From: a virus
Length of the DNA stretch: 64,000 nt
Virus record (IMG/VR): IMGVR_UViG_3300046804_006785
Direction: 5' to 3' (one strand)
The notes below the pieces were generated by a model. It made no database searches and had not been told where the DNA came from. It worked only from the letters and a program-made list of their open reading frames with translations. Each line of letters starts with the position of its first letter. The first letter of the stretch is position 1. This document shows positions 39,244 to 49,726 of the stretch, in pieces. The position numbers were made by a program, and so were the translations under genes.

Positions 39244-41150
39244 AGTTTTGGCATCATTAGTGAGTTTGAGTAGTATTTTACGCATTTACAATTAGACTTA
39301 CATTGACAGTTTTCTCCAGGGTTAGGCAGTGTACCAATTTGCGCCCATCCCATCCCAGTATAACGAATACAATCATCACAGCTATGGTTTGCTGCTATTA
39401 CTCTACGTTCCCATAAATAACCATTGCGCTTGTGTCCTTCTAGTCTGCCACGTTCTTTAAAGTGATTAGTTTTGTTATAGTACATTTTTATACGCGCTTC
39501 TATCTGTGCTTCAGATAGATTGCCTCTTAAAATATCTCGTGAAAATCTACGCAGATATTGATATTCAAGATTTAATTGACCATTAATTAATGAGTAGTCC
39601 TGCCAGTCCATCTGTTTTGCTCCACCTATACCTAATGCATATTGATAGATAGCTAAACTTCTTAGTAGTTCTGCTGTTTGCCGTTCCCATCTAGCAACGT
39701 TAATTTTTCCAGAAAATAAGGCGTTATTCACAACTTCGCCTAGTTCTAAATGATCTTTAATCGCTTGTTCTGTTAACTGCTCTATCTGACTTTCCTTAAC
39801 AAACCGACCTTTCTTAGAACCGTTGGCATAGTGATAACGTTGGCTTTTTTTGTTCCAAGTAAAGTTAGTAGATTCTTGGTTCTTGGACTTAGTTAATAAG
39901 TCAGGTTGATACTTTTTTTGGCTGGTTTCCACCTCCTCTATAGGTGCTTCTTCTAAGGCTGTGATATTTGCTAATGCTCTCATTTTATTGAGTACATCTA
40001 AATCATATTTGCTGAAAGTTCCAGTAGTTACACAATTATTAATAATGTTTAATAATGCGATTGTATCTGTATTATCTTCTGTGACAAGAGGAAAAGTACC
40101 ATAGTCGTCTAACTCGCCAAAGTTAAACTCTAACATTGGGCGGATCGCTTGTTCAATTAATGCTTCCCCTACTATCTGCATTTGGGATCTAGTCACTAAT
40201 CTAAGAATAGTTTGATGTCCTTCGTTTAGGTTACTATCGCCACTGCTGACCGTGCCTGTTCCTGTAACTGTGCGAGGGACTAGCCAAGCTAACATGATCA
40301 TTGATTCTAAGTAGCCTAAGATATTGGTGAAGAAACTACCGTCCGTTTCATGAGAAATTGCCTCAATCTCATCAGCTAAATCAATTACTGCATAGGAATT
40401 ATTTTTGATATCTTCTAAGTTCCTAGACATGACATAACCCTGATTAAATAATCTTGGCTCACCTGTGTTTGGATCTATATAAGGCTGTCCAGTTTCAGGG
40501 TTAATCATGCTGACAGAATTATTACCAGTATCGGTTTTTCCTACTAACAATTTAGTGGCTTGTCTTTCTGATGCTACAGCCATACAAGCGTTTATTACTT
40601 TTGTTAGTTCCCAGTAAGGATATGCCCGACGGCAAATAGCTACACCGTGAGGATCACTACCTAAAGCGAGATAAGGCTGGTTTACCAAATGAATCCCATT
40701 CTCGTAGGGAATATAGATATTGCTAAATCTTAGATAATTTACCCTACTTATTTGTCCGTTGAATCCTTCAAACCAATAATATCTAGGATCTACTGTTCTG
40801 ATAATGTCTAAGTATGCCTTTCTTTTTTTAATCTTGTAACTCACTTCTGAAAATGACTTACCAAAGGGGATAAATGTCAGCATTTGTGAAACGACATTTA
40901 ACCAACTACCTTCCATTGCGTTGATTGAGTTTCTGACAAAAGTTTGAATATCATGGTCAGGATGTTGATATTTATCTAGCATAGAAACACCCAGCAATAT
41001 TCGCAGGTCATTAGCCGCGCTGGCTACTGGTGAATCTTTTAACATCTCTACATAAGTATTAGCTATGTTTCTATCAGACTGTTGTACCATCCCGATCCAA
41101 GTTGATACTAATGCTTGGACTTTAGGGGAAAGAATATTAGTGTTTAACAT
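39240..41150 (-). CDS. Portal protein (DUF935-like) fused to a head-morphogenesis (MuF-like) domain
   Basis: FGKSFSEVSY, DPHGVAICRRAYPYW and LIEQAIRPMLEFNFG portal motifs; C-terminal WERRV..HSCDDC..PGENCQCKSNCKC. Confidence 0.85.
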   Translation of the reverse strand: MLNTNILSPKVQALVSTWIGMVQQSDRNIANTYVEMLKDSPVASAANDLRILLGVSMLDKYQHPDHDIQTFVRNSINAMEGSWLNVVSQMLTFIPFGKSFSEVSYKIKKRKAYLDIIRTVDPRYYWFEGFNGQISRVNYLRFSNIYIPYENGIHLVNQPYLALGSDPHGVAICRRAYPYWELTKVINACMAVASERQATKLLVGKTDTGNNSVSMINPETGQPYIDPNTGEPRLFNQGYVMSRNLEDIKNNSYAVIDLADEIEAISHETDGSFFTNILGYLESMIMLAWLVPRTVTGTGTVSSGDSNLNEGHQTILRLVTRSQMQIVGEALIEQAIRPMLEFNFGELDDYGTFPLVTEDNTDTIALLNIINNCVTTGTFSKYDLDVLNKMRALANITALEEAPIEEVETSQKKYQPDLLTKSKNQESTNFTWNKKSQRYHYANGSKKGRFVKESQIEQLTEQAIKDHLELGEVVNNALFSGKINVARWERQTAELLRSLAIYQYALGIGGAKQMDWQDYSLINGQLNLEYQYLRRFSRDILRGNLSEAQIEARIKMYYNKTNHFKERGRLEGHKRNGYLWERRVIAANHSCDDCIRYTGMGWAQIGTLPNPGENCQCKSNCKCVKYYSNSLMMPKL

Positions 41151-41229
41151 ATTTTATTGATTTAACTTTTGTTTTATTGTAGCATTTATCTATGTGTGCT
41201 ATATTTATTAATAGCTAAAAAATGATTCT

Positions 41230-41988
41230 ATGCTAATACCAGACTTACTAAAATTACAAATTAAAACGGCTGCATTAGGGGCAGATAGGGAAATCTGTGG
41301 CATTGTTATTGATGGTAATGCCATTGTTTTAAATAATATACATACTGACCCGGCAAATCATTTTACAATAGCTGCTACTGACCTAGCTGAGTTTAACTAC
41401 TCTGATATCACAGCTATTTGGCATACACACCACAAAGATAGTCAGTCGGGGTATTTTACCTATACGGATATTGCATTGGCTCATCAAAGCCAAAAACCTA
41501 TTATTCTCTATCATTCAGGTTTTGATGTTTGGGATTATTATGAGGCTAATAACCCAGATCCATTTCCATTAGAGAAAAAAAACTACACACCACAACAATT
41601 AGAATTTTATTTAAATACTAGATTCCATTGGGGACGGTCGGATTGCTTTGCTATTGTCCGGCGTTATTTGCTGGGAGTTGTGGGTGTGGATATTGGGGAA
41701 TTTACTAGGACTAATTTAGATAATTTTCCACCTGAAGATTATGACTGTCCTTGGAATATGGATAAATTTAATTTGTTGCCATTAGGAACACAACCTCAAT
41801 TACATGATGTGTTTGGTGTAGCATTGAAAGGTGGTAGAAAGCCAAACCATACAATGGTTATGGTTAAGCCTGAAGAGAATGTCATTTTTCACTCTCCGTC
41901 AGATGCTACGGTGTCTAGGATTGAACAATATGCCGATTATTGGCGCAGACGAACTCTTTTACATGGGAGATTGAAAGAATTATGCTAA
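41230..41988 (+). CDS. Tail tip protein K (JAB + NlpC/P60)
   Basis: EICG, WHTHH...D JAB motif; FHWGRSDC and NH NlpC motifs. Confidence 0.9.
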   Translation: MLIPDLLKLQIKTAALGADREICGIVIDGNAIVLNNIHTDPANHFTIAATDLAEFNYSDITAIWHTHHKDSQSGYFTYTDIALAHQSQKPIILYHSGFDVWDYYEANNPDPFPLEKKNYTPQQLEFYLNTRFHWGRSDCFAIVRRYLLGVVGVDIGEFTRTNLDNFPPEDYDCPWNMDKFNLLPLGTQPQLHDVFGVALKGGRKPNHTMVMVKPEENVIFHSPSDATVSRIEQYADYWRRRTLLHGRLKELC

Positions 41989-42578
41989 CAACTATTAAAT
42001 TAAATGGTGCTTTAGGTCAGGAATTTTTACCAGAATTGCAAGCGGATGTGCATACGGTTAGAGAAACAATCAACTTTCTATGTTGTTATTTTGAAAACTT
42101 CAAACATTATGTATTAGCTACTGACTGGGTTTACTCAATAGTAGTTAAAGCATCAAATTGGACAAGAGAGGTTGATGAAAATTCCCCGGAATTACTCTTA
42201 CCTATTACAGGACTAACCGTAGAAATTACACCAGCTATTCAAGGATCTGGAGAGGTTGGCAAATTTATTACTAATATTGCCATGATTGGTATTGGGGTGG
42301 CACTTACTACTATTCCAGGAGTAGGTGCAATAGCTCAAAGTTTCGGTTGGGGCTTGATTATGTCCGGATCAACAGGACTATTACAGTCTATTCTTTTTGG
42401 TAATCCTAGTGTTAATGAAAAACCTAGTGAAATAATAGATGACCGTCGATCTACTTTTTTCCAAAGTCCTGGGTATACAGTTAAAGAAGGGACACCTATA
42501 CCTTTAGTATTTGGGAGTGTTTTAGTTAAAAATTTTCAAATCTTATCTGTTGAAGTCACGTCTAGTCTAGATAGGTAA
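41982..42578 (+). CDS. Tail assembly protein I
   Basis: TIKLNGALGQEF, PAIQGSG and EGTPIPLVFG motifs. Confidence 0.85.
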   Translation: MLTTIKLNGALGQEFLPELQADVHTVRETINFLCCYFENFKHYVLATDWVYSIVVKASNWTREVDENSPELLLPITGLTVEITPAIQGSGEVGKFITNIAMIGIGVALTTIPGVGAIAQSFGWGLIMSGSTGLLQSILFGNPSVNEKPSEIIDDRRSTFFQSPGYTVKEGTPIPLVFGSVLVKNFQILSVEVTSSLDR

Positions 42579-42581
42579 AAT

Positions 42582-44894
42582 ATGACAGAGAATCTATCAG
42601 GTTCAGGTGGTTTATTTGGTGGTGGGGGCGGCAGACAAGCAGCAAATCAACAAATAAGACAACAAATTACTGACTCTATAACTGGAGTAACAAACGATTA
42701 TGTCAAATTAGTTTTAGGTATGTGTGAGGGACCCATTGAGGGGATAGAGAGAAATGCTAAAGACCTTTACTTTGACAAAACACCTTTACAAAATGAAGAC
42801 GGTTCAGGAAATTTTGTAGGTATAGACACGGCCTACACAACAGGAACAAATTCTACGTCTGTTCTTAGTAGCTTATTAGACGGATCTTTCTCAGAAAATC
42901 CCGTAGGTGTGGAAGTAAAAAATGGTATTCCTCAAACAAGATCCATATCTAACGAGGGTCTAACGCATATTATTGTCCGACTTAGTTATCAACTTCAATT
43001 TAATGATGCTAATGGTGATGTGCGCGAAGGCGTGATGGGTTTTGAAATATTTATAAAAGAGGGTATTAATGGTGCGTTTGTCTCTAGAGTTAGAGATAGT
43101 TTTAGAGCTAGGTATCCAGATCCCGTAGCTTTTAATTATAGAATTGCTGTTAATAGTAATGAAAGTTATTTTGAAGTTCGAGTTGTCAAACTTTCTCCTG
43201 CTGAACCACCAAATCCCATACCACCGAGGACAAGCTACACTACAGCTATTTTAAAATGGGTAAGTTATACTGAGGTTACTAGCGATCGTATAGCTTACAT
43301 TAACACAGCTCTTATAAGCTTACAATTTGCTGCTAGGTCTTTTCAATCAACCCCGGAAATATGGGTGCGCTTGCAGGGTATGATTTGTGAGATTCCCAGT
43401 AACGCAACAGTTAACGGAACTGATAAGGGGCTTACTTATACCGGGGGATGGGATGGAACATTCTATACCCCAAGTAGATCAATCGCTGACCCAGCTTGGA
43501 TAGTTTGGAAGCTATTGACTGAACCGAGGTTTAATTTAGGTATTCCTAGTCAATATGTTGATAAGTATGCACTGTATCAATGCAGTGTTTATAATAATCA
43601 GTTTGTATCCAATGGCGCAGGAGGGTGGGAGCGTAGATTCTTATTTAATACTGTATTAGGTTCGGGAGGTCAAGAAGTAGTTTTAGAAATGATCCGTGCT
43701 ATCTGTTCAACTATGTATGCAAAACCTTATTGGAACGGATCACAGATTAGCTTTTGGCAAGATAGACCCACAACAGTATTACCTAAAGTTTTGACTAATG
43801 CAGATGTAGAAGAGGGTAAATTTGTATACCAAACACCTGAACTTAACACAGTAACTACAGTAGCTAAAGTTTCCTATCAATCAACTGTTGAAGATTGGGA
43901 ATTAGTACCGGAAATAGTAGAAGATGCTTTTGCTATTGAACGCTATGGTGTGCAAGTGGAAGAGTATGCTCTATTAGGTGAAACTCGCAGAAGTGCGGCA
44001 ATTAGATCGGGACGACGAACTATTTTAGGGTCACAACCTAACAATGTAACTTTGACTTGTAGAGTCAGAACCCGCGCAATGTTTTTCTCGCCTGGTGACG
44101 TGATTCAAGTTGCTGATAATGCTAAAAATAGAATTAGAAACGGTGGTTTAGTTGCGGCGGTGACTGCTAATAGAATAACAATTGATTCACCACTAACATT
44201 ATCATCTAGCACAACTAAGAAAATATTTTTAACATTACCTAATGAAACAGTTGTTGAGATGACAATTAGTAATGGTGCAGGGACATTTACAGAAATAAAT
44301 CTAACTACACCTTTGACGACTTTACCTGCTCCTGAGTCACCTTGGCAAATTACAGATACTTTAAGCCGGGTGCAACTTTATAGAATTACAGAAGTAAACC
44401 CAGTTGAGGATAATCTAAACTTATTTGATATCACTGCAAAAACCTATAGTGCTGATTATTATACTCAAATTGAATCAGGGATAAAAGTTCCGGTAATTGT
44501 TCCAGTAGCAAGACTTCCAGTTGTCGCTTCTCCTCCTAGTGATGTAGTATGTAGATTAAGGCAAATCAATTATGGAGATCGGATTAGTTTTACTTTAGTT
44601 GCATCTTGGAAACGACCAACAAAAATAGTCAATGGTGTTACTGTAGACGAACCCTATACTGATAGATATAGAGTTGAATTTAAACGAGGTGAAACTTCAG
44701 AATGGGGATCGGCTCAAATTACTACACAACTATCAGCAAGGTGGGAAAATATAGGCAACGGCTTCTTTGTTGTGCGAGTAGCTGCTATTACAACAAATAA
44801 TAAAGTCAGTGCCTTTGTTGAAAGTGGCTCATTTGGACAAGATACGGCTGATTTTAGTAATCAGTTTTTTACAAGTTTTACAGGAGAATTTTAA
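42582..44894 (+). CDS. Central tail tip / host specificity protein J (short form)
   Basis: CEGPIEG, WDGTF, DPAWI, PGDVIQVAD; C-terminal FN3-like domain. Confidence 0.9.
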   Translation: MTENLSGSGGLFGGGGGRQAANQQIRQQITDSITGVTNDYVKLVLGMCEGPIEGIERNAKDLYFDKTPLQNEDGSGNFVGIDTAYTTGTNSTSVLSSLLDGSFSENPVGVEVKNGIPQTRSISNEGLTHIIVRLSYQLQFNDANGDVREGVMGFEIFIKEGINGAFVSRVRDSFRARYPDPVAFNYRIAVNSNESYFEVRVVKLSPAEPPNPIPPRTSYTTAILKWVSYTEVTSDRIAYINTALISLQFAARSFQSTPEIWVRLQGMICEIPSNATVNGTDKGLTYTGGWDGTFYTPSRSIADPAWIVWKLLTEPRFNLGIPSQYVDKYALYQCSVYNNQFVSNGAGGWERRFLFNTVLGSGGQEVVLEMIRAICSTMYAKPYWNGSQISFWQDRPTTVLPKVLTNADVEEGKFVYQTPELNTVTTVAKVSYQSTVEDWELVPEIVEDAFAIERYGVQVEEYALLGETRRSAAIRSGRRTILGSQPNNVTLTCRVRTRAMFFSPGDVIQVADNAKNRIRNGGLVAAVTANRITIDSPLTLSSSTTKKIFLTLPNETVVEMTISNGAGTFTEINLTTPLTTLPAPESPWQITDTLSRVQLYRITEVNPVEDNLNLFDITAKTYSADYYTQIESGIKVPVIVPVARLPVVASPPSDVVCRLRQINYGDRISFTLVASWKRPTKIVNGVTVDEPYTDRYRVEFKRGETSEWGSAQITTQLSARWENIGNGFFVVRVAAITTNNKVSAFVESGSFGQDTADFSNQFFTSFTGEF

Positions 44895-44896
44895 TA

Positions 44897-45301
44897 ATGC
44901 CTCAACCTTATATAGATGTAACAGGAGCTACGGCTTATAGAGACGCACTAGGAGAGGGTACTTTAGCAGATCCTTATATTCCTAAGTTCAACATAGTTCC
45001 AGCTTTTTCCGCTACATCAACACTGACTAGCGTTTCTAGTAGTGCAACTTCTGTTATTTTGTTGTCAGCTAATAGTGCTAGGCGAACAATAATCATTCTC
45101 AACGATTCTACTGCAGATTTATATGTAACCTTAAATTCTAGCGCGGCTAGTACAGCAAATTATTCTATATTTCTAGCTGGGAAAGTAGGGAATATTCCAT
45201 CATTTGTAAGTCTAACAGGTGCGGATTATTCAGGACAGATTAATGGTATTTGGGTAGGTACACTCAACGGGGCAGCACGCATAACGGTAATTACACAATG
45301 A
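44897..45301 (+). CDS. Tail-associated protein (MPQPYID N-terminal motif)
   Basis: 134 aa; N-terminus shared with 46675; LLSANSARRTIIILNDS. Confidence 0.6.
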   Translation: MPQPYIDVTGATAYRDALGEGTLADPYIPKFNIVPAFSATSTLTSVSSSATSVILLSANSARRTIIILNDSTADLYVTLNSSAASTANYSIFLAGKVGNIPSFVSLTGADYSGQINGIWVGTLNGAARITVITQ

Positions 45302-46200
45302 GTATTATAGTAAGCAATCCTAGCAATACTGCTATAAATCAAAATTTTTTCAAAAATCCGGCTTTTAGTGTAATCCAAGGGACTGCCTCTGGTACAGTCT
45401 CTAACACTACTTCAGTACCTACTAGTTCTCTTGGATACCCAGGAGAAGCAGAATGGTGTATTGCTGCATCAGGTGGTACGCCTACCTATGCTTTTAATAC
45501 GGCTAACCAAACATTGACTTTAACAGGCGCGTCTGGAACTACATCTATCCAAGTATTGCAAAGACTGGAAAGTCTAGATACTGCTAGGCTACGCTCAAAG
45601 CAAGTGACTTTGAGTGTAGAACTTAGTAATTCTTTGCTTACATCTGTAACTTGGGAACTATTTCGCCCCACAACTACAGTGGACACACACGGTACTATTG
45701 CTACACCTACTCAGACATTGATAGCTAGTGGAACATGGACTGTAAACGCGACTCTCACAAGATATAGTGCTACTGTAACTTTACCTGCTGAGGTATCTAA
45801 CGGTTTAGAAGTACGTATAAGAGTAGGATCACAAACATCCGGTACATGGGTGATTGCACGTCCTAAATTAGAAGAAGGTTTTGCTGCCACCAATTTTGTT
45901 TGTGAAGATGTAGCTGTAGAGTTAGCTAAGTGTCAGAGATACTACAGAGTAGTGTCTACCGATTTCTATATGTATACCAACAACGCCGGACAAGCACTAT
46001 ATCAACCAGTACACCATATTGGTATGTTTGGTAGCACTAGAGTAAGAAGCTTTAGCAGCGTAAACGCTTATAGTGGAACAAATGTTTCTACTATAGAAGC
46101 TGGTGCTGATGGTAATTCATCAAGAATTATTTTTAATGGCTCTGCTGCTGGCTATATTGGAGCCAGACCCTTAATAAATATCGCAGCGCATATTCCTTAA
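45298..46200 (+). CDS. Tail fibre-like protein with carbohydrate-binding-like domain
   Basis: ATGA overlap start; KLEEGFAAT..ELAKCQRYY motif typical of fibre proteins. Confidence 0.7.
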   Translation: MSIIVSNPSNTAINQNFFKNPAFSVIQGTASGTVSNTTSVPTSSLGYPGEAEWCIAASGGTPTYAFNTANQTLTLTGASGTTSIQVLQRLESLDTARLRSKQVTLSVELSNSLLTSVTWELFRPTTTVDTHGTIATPTQTLIASGTWTVNATLTRYSATVTLPAEVSNGLEVRIRVGSQTSGTWVIARPKLEEGFAATNFVCEDVAVELAKCQRYYRVVSTDFYMYTNNAGQALYQPVHHIGMFGSTRVRSFSSVNAYSGTNVSTIEAGADGNSSRIIFNGSAAGYIGARPLINIAAHIP

Positions 46201-46209
46201 TAAACAATT

Positions 46210-46626
46210 ATGTACAAATTAACACAAACCCCTACTACTGTATTGCGCAAAGATGGTTTCTATATTGAGCCATCAAATCATAGTGATTGGCGACTATATG
46301 AAGCTTGGTTAGCTGAAGGTAATGTCCCTGAAGCTGCGGATATTATTCCCTCGACTCCTGATTGGGATGGTCTATATCACAGTGTTTTAGCTGGAGATTT
46401 AAAACTGCTTTATTTAAGTTTAAAACAAGCGGCTAAAACAGATAATATTTTATCTGTTGATTATGTTAATTTTGTGGCAGTCTTATCAAATATTAGAACA
46501 GAACAAGCATTAAAAGAATGTCTTGATGAGTTAATCAAAGATGGTTATGTGTTAAGTGAAGAAAAAAAACAACTTTGGAATAATAGTGTTACAGCCTTAC
46601 ATTTTAGTAATTTAGTTAGAATTTAA
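46210..46626 (+). CDS. Tail fibre assembly chaperone (putative)
   Basis: DWRLYEAWLAEGNVPEAAD motif; directly follows the fibre gene. Confidence 0.65.
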   Translation: MYKLTQTPTTVLRKDGFYIEPSNHSDWRLYEAWLAEGNVPEAADIIPSTPDWDGLYHSVLAGDLKLLYLSLKQAAKTDNILSVDYVNFVAVLSNIRTEQALKECLDELIKDGYVLSEEKKQLWNNSVTALHFSNLVRI

Positions 46627-46674
46627 TAAGATGTCACAATGATAGTTTTTTATTTATTTCTAGGAGCGTTTTAA

Positions 46675-48186
46675 ATGCCACAACCATATATAGATGAAAT
46701 GGGCGTGACCCATTATAATGATGCCACTGGTAGCGGAACTATTGCAGATCCATATATTCCAAAAGTTGCTGTCACTGGTCTAGATGTATCAAGTTTACAA
46801 GTTACTAATGATGAAAATAATCCCGTCCCTATTACTGCTAATAATTTACCCTTACCTACAGGTGCAGCAACGAGCGCAAATCAAACTACTACTAACACAG
46901 CCTTAAGTAATATTGATGGTAAATTACCTGCACTTTCAAACGGGAAAATTCCTGTAGAAGTAGGAAGTTTGAATGTATCTGTCAGCAATGCTTCTCTGGA
47001 AATTGCTAATGATGTTGGCAATCCAGTACCTATTAGTGATGCTGGGGGTAGCATTACCGTAGATGGTACGTTTTGGCAAGCTACACAGCCTGTGAGTGCA
47101 GCTAGTTTACCTTTACCAAGTGGTGCAGCTACAGCAGCAAACCAGTCTACTGGAAATACTTCACTTGCAAGCATTGACACCAAAACGCCAGCATTGGGTC
47201 AAGCTTTAGCTAGTGGAAGTACACCAGTAGTATTACCATCGGCAATGGTGACTGATTTAAAATCAGTAAGCATTACAGGAACATTGCCAGCGTTTGCAGT
47301 TACCCCTACTGTAAATATTGACACTGCTCCTAATCTTACATTCACCAATACAAGCTTCACTGCAAATGCTGGCACTAATCTCAACACATCAGCATTAGCG
47401 TTAGAAAGTGGTGGTAATCTAGCGGGAATAAATACTAAATTACCCAGTGGATTGACTGTTACATCTACTAGATTATTAGTTGATGGTAGTGGAGTTACTC
47501 AACCTGTTAGTATCACTACTTTACCTGCTTTAGGTACAGGTACAAATAATATTGGTTCTATTACTAATATCACTGGTACTGTTTCTTTGCCTACGGGTGC
47601 AGCTACAAGTGTAAATCAAACTACTGCTAACACCTCTTTAAGTAGCATAGACGGTAAAATCCCTGCTTTAGTAAACGGTAGACTACCTGTTGATACTACA
47701 TCTGCACAAGGACAAGCATGGGAATCTGAAGCTACTATTACTCGTGCTGCAAACACTACTGGGTACATAGCCAATGATGTCTATGGTACTGTTTTTCAAT
47801 TAACTAATATTGGATCTAGTGGTGGTTTTATATTTTTAAACAGCCTAGGTATAGTATTTAATTTGACTGCTTTACCTAGTGGCATGGGTAGTTTTATTGT
47901 TTATTTATATTCAAGTTCACCACCATCCGCAATAACAGACAATAACCCGTTTAGTGTAGCTAGTGGAGACAGAGCAAGCATTCTCACTCTAAACGGTTTT
48001 AGCTTGACTGCTTCACTTGCTAGGGGTGGTGGTTCTGTAGTGGCTGAAAGTTTGAATATTAACCAACTATTTAAGCTGGCAACTGGTAGCACATCATTAT
48101 GGGGATATCTAGTAACAACGGGTGCTTTCAATCCTGCGGCTAACTCTGAAACTGCGATCATCACTGCACGGAGTTTTGCACCATGA
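46675..48186 (+). CDS. Repetitive fibre/appendage protein
   Basis: Three LPxGAATxxNQxTxNTxLxxIDxKxPAL repeats; MPQPYID N-terminus. Confidence 0.65.
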   Translation: MPQPYIDEMGVTHYNDATGSGTIADPYIPKVAVTGLDVSSLQVTNDENNPVPITANNLPLPTGAATSANQTTTNTALSNIDGKLPALSNGKIPVEVGSLNVSVSNASLEIANDVGNPVPISDAGGSITVDGTFWQATQPVSAASLPLPSGAATAANQSTGNTSLASIDTKTPALGQALASGSTPVVLPSAMVTDLKSVSITGTLPAFAVTPTVNIDTAPNLTFTNTSFTANAGTNLNTSALALESGGNLAGINTKLPSGLTVTSTRLLVDGSGVTQPVSITTLPALGTGTNNIGSITNITGTVSLPTGAATSVNQTTANTSLSSIDGKIPALVNGRLPVDTTSAQGQAWESEATITRAANTTGYIANDVYGTVFQLTNIGSSGGFIFLNSLGIVFNLTALPSGMGSFIVYLYSSSPPSAITDNNPFSVASGDRASILTLNGFSLTASLARGGGSVVAESLNINQLFKLATGSTSLWGYLVTTGAFNPAANSETAIITARSFAP

Positions 48187-49286
48187 GAAATTCTACTAGA
48201 TTGGTTGTTCTTAGCAGACGTACATCAGGTAATCTCAATTCATATTTCCCATTGACTCCTGCTATTCTTGCATCCCGTCAGGTCAACTATGGTACTTTGG
48301 CTGATGTAACCACTACACCTAGTGGTACTTATTCTAATGCTTTTGCTGGTGGCGTGTTATTACCAGATGGAAGAGTATTTTGTGTACCCACTACTTCTAG
48401 TACAGCAAGAATATACAACCCGGTGACAGATACATTAACTACACCTAGTGGTACTTATCCTACTATTGTGGGTAGTAGGTCTTTTGTTGGTGGTGTATTA
48501 TTACCAGATGGAAGAGTATTCTGTATACCAGACGGTACAACCACTGCAAGAATATACAATCCTATAACAGATACATTAACTACACCTAATGGTACTTATC
48601 CAGGTGGAGGTGCTTTTGTTGGTGGTGTACTATTACCAGATGGTCAAGTTTTTTGTATTCCTGCAATTTCAACTACAGCAAGAATATACAATCCTATAAC
48701 AGATACATTAACTACTCCTAGTGGTACTTATCCTGGTAATAATGCTTTTTATGGTGGTGTATTATTACCAGATGGTAGAGTATTTTGTGTACCATACAGT
48801 TCTACTACTGCAAGAATATACAATCCTATAACAGATACATTAATTACGCCTAATGGTACTTATCCTGGTGGTTTTGCTTTTTCTGGTGGTGTGTTATTAC
48901 CAGATGGAAGAGTATTTTGTGTACCCACTACTTCTAGTACAGCAAGAATATACAATCCTATAACAGATACAGTAACTACGCCTAATGGTACTTATCCTGG
49001 TGGTTTTGCTTTTTATGGTGGTGTATTATTACCAGACGGTAGGGTATTCTGTATTCCTGCAAGTTCAACCACCGCTAGAATATACAACCCGGTGACAAAT
49101 ACATTAACTACACCTAGTGGTACTTATCCTGGTAGTGAGGCTTTTTGGGGTGGTGTATTGTTACCAGATGGTAGAGTATTTTGTGTACCATACAATAATG
49201 CAACCACTGCAAGAATATACGGCTCACCATTATCTACTAATCTCCCTATGGCGAGAACTCATTCAGCTTATGATAATAAATTTTAA
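48183..49286 (+). CDS. 7-bladed kelch-like beta-propeller, putative receptor-binding protein
   Basis: Seven ~44-aa GGVLLPDGRVFCxP..TARIYNP repeats after a short N-terminal leader. Confidence 0.75.
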   Translation: MRNSTRLVVLSRRTSGNLNSYFPLTPAILASRQVNYGTLADVTTTPSGTYSNAFAGGVLLPDGRVFCVPTTSSTARIYNPVTDTLTTPSGTYPTIVGSRSFVGGVLLPDGRVFCIPDGTTTARIYNPITDTLTTPNGTYPGGGAFVGGVLLPDGQVFCIPAISTTARIYNPITDTLTTPSGTYPGNNAFYGGVLLPDGRVFCVPYSSTTARIYNPITDTLITPNGTYPGGFAFSGGVLLPDGRVFCVPTTSSTARIYNPITDTVTTPNGTYPGGFAFYGGVLLPDGRVFCIPASSTTARIYNPVTNTLTTPSGTYPGSEAFWGGVLLPDGRVFCVPYNNATTARIYGSPLSTNLPMARTHSAYDNKF

Positions 49287-49291
49287 AAAGT

Positions 49292-49723
49292 ATGAACAAA
49301 CAAGAATGGCTGCTTACTGAAATTAAAAAGTTCTCTGAATTATCTGCTAGGGAACTTACGGCAAAATTGAATGATAAAAAGTTAGTTGATAATCCCGAAC
49401 CACAACAACAGATAGCTGTGTTGCCTTCTTTAGATGAAGTGTTGGCTGTTGTCACTCCACAGGAAGCTTTTAATATATCAGAAACTCGAACTTATGACAG
49501 GATTTTAGAGGCGTTTAATCAGAGAAATACTTCTAATCTAATTAGCTATTTAGGTGTTCTGAAGGGTGGTAATGTCTTGTCAGAAAGTAGTTATGATAAG
49601 TTAATTAATTTACTGCAAAAGACGCAATTAGATCCAAGTTACCAATCTCAAGTATTAATGAGTGAGGCGGAATTGGCAAGGTTTGATCTTGTGTTGGTTA
49701 ATGAGATTGAGGACTTAATTTAA
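49292..49723 (+). CDS. Hypothetical tail-region protein
   Basis: 143-aa ORF in the operon. Confidence 0.6.
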   Translation: MNKQEWLLTEIKKFSELSARELTAKLNDKKLVDNPEPQQQIAVLPSLDEVLAVVTPQEAFNISETRTYDRILEAFNQRNTSNLISYLGVLKGGNVLSESSYDKLINLLQKTQLDPSYQSQVLMSEAELARFDLVLVNEIEDLI

Positions 49724-49726
49724 ATC

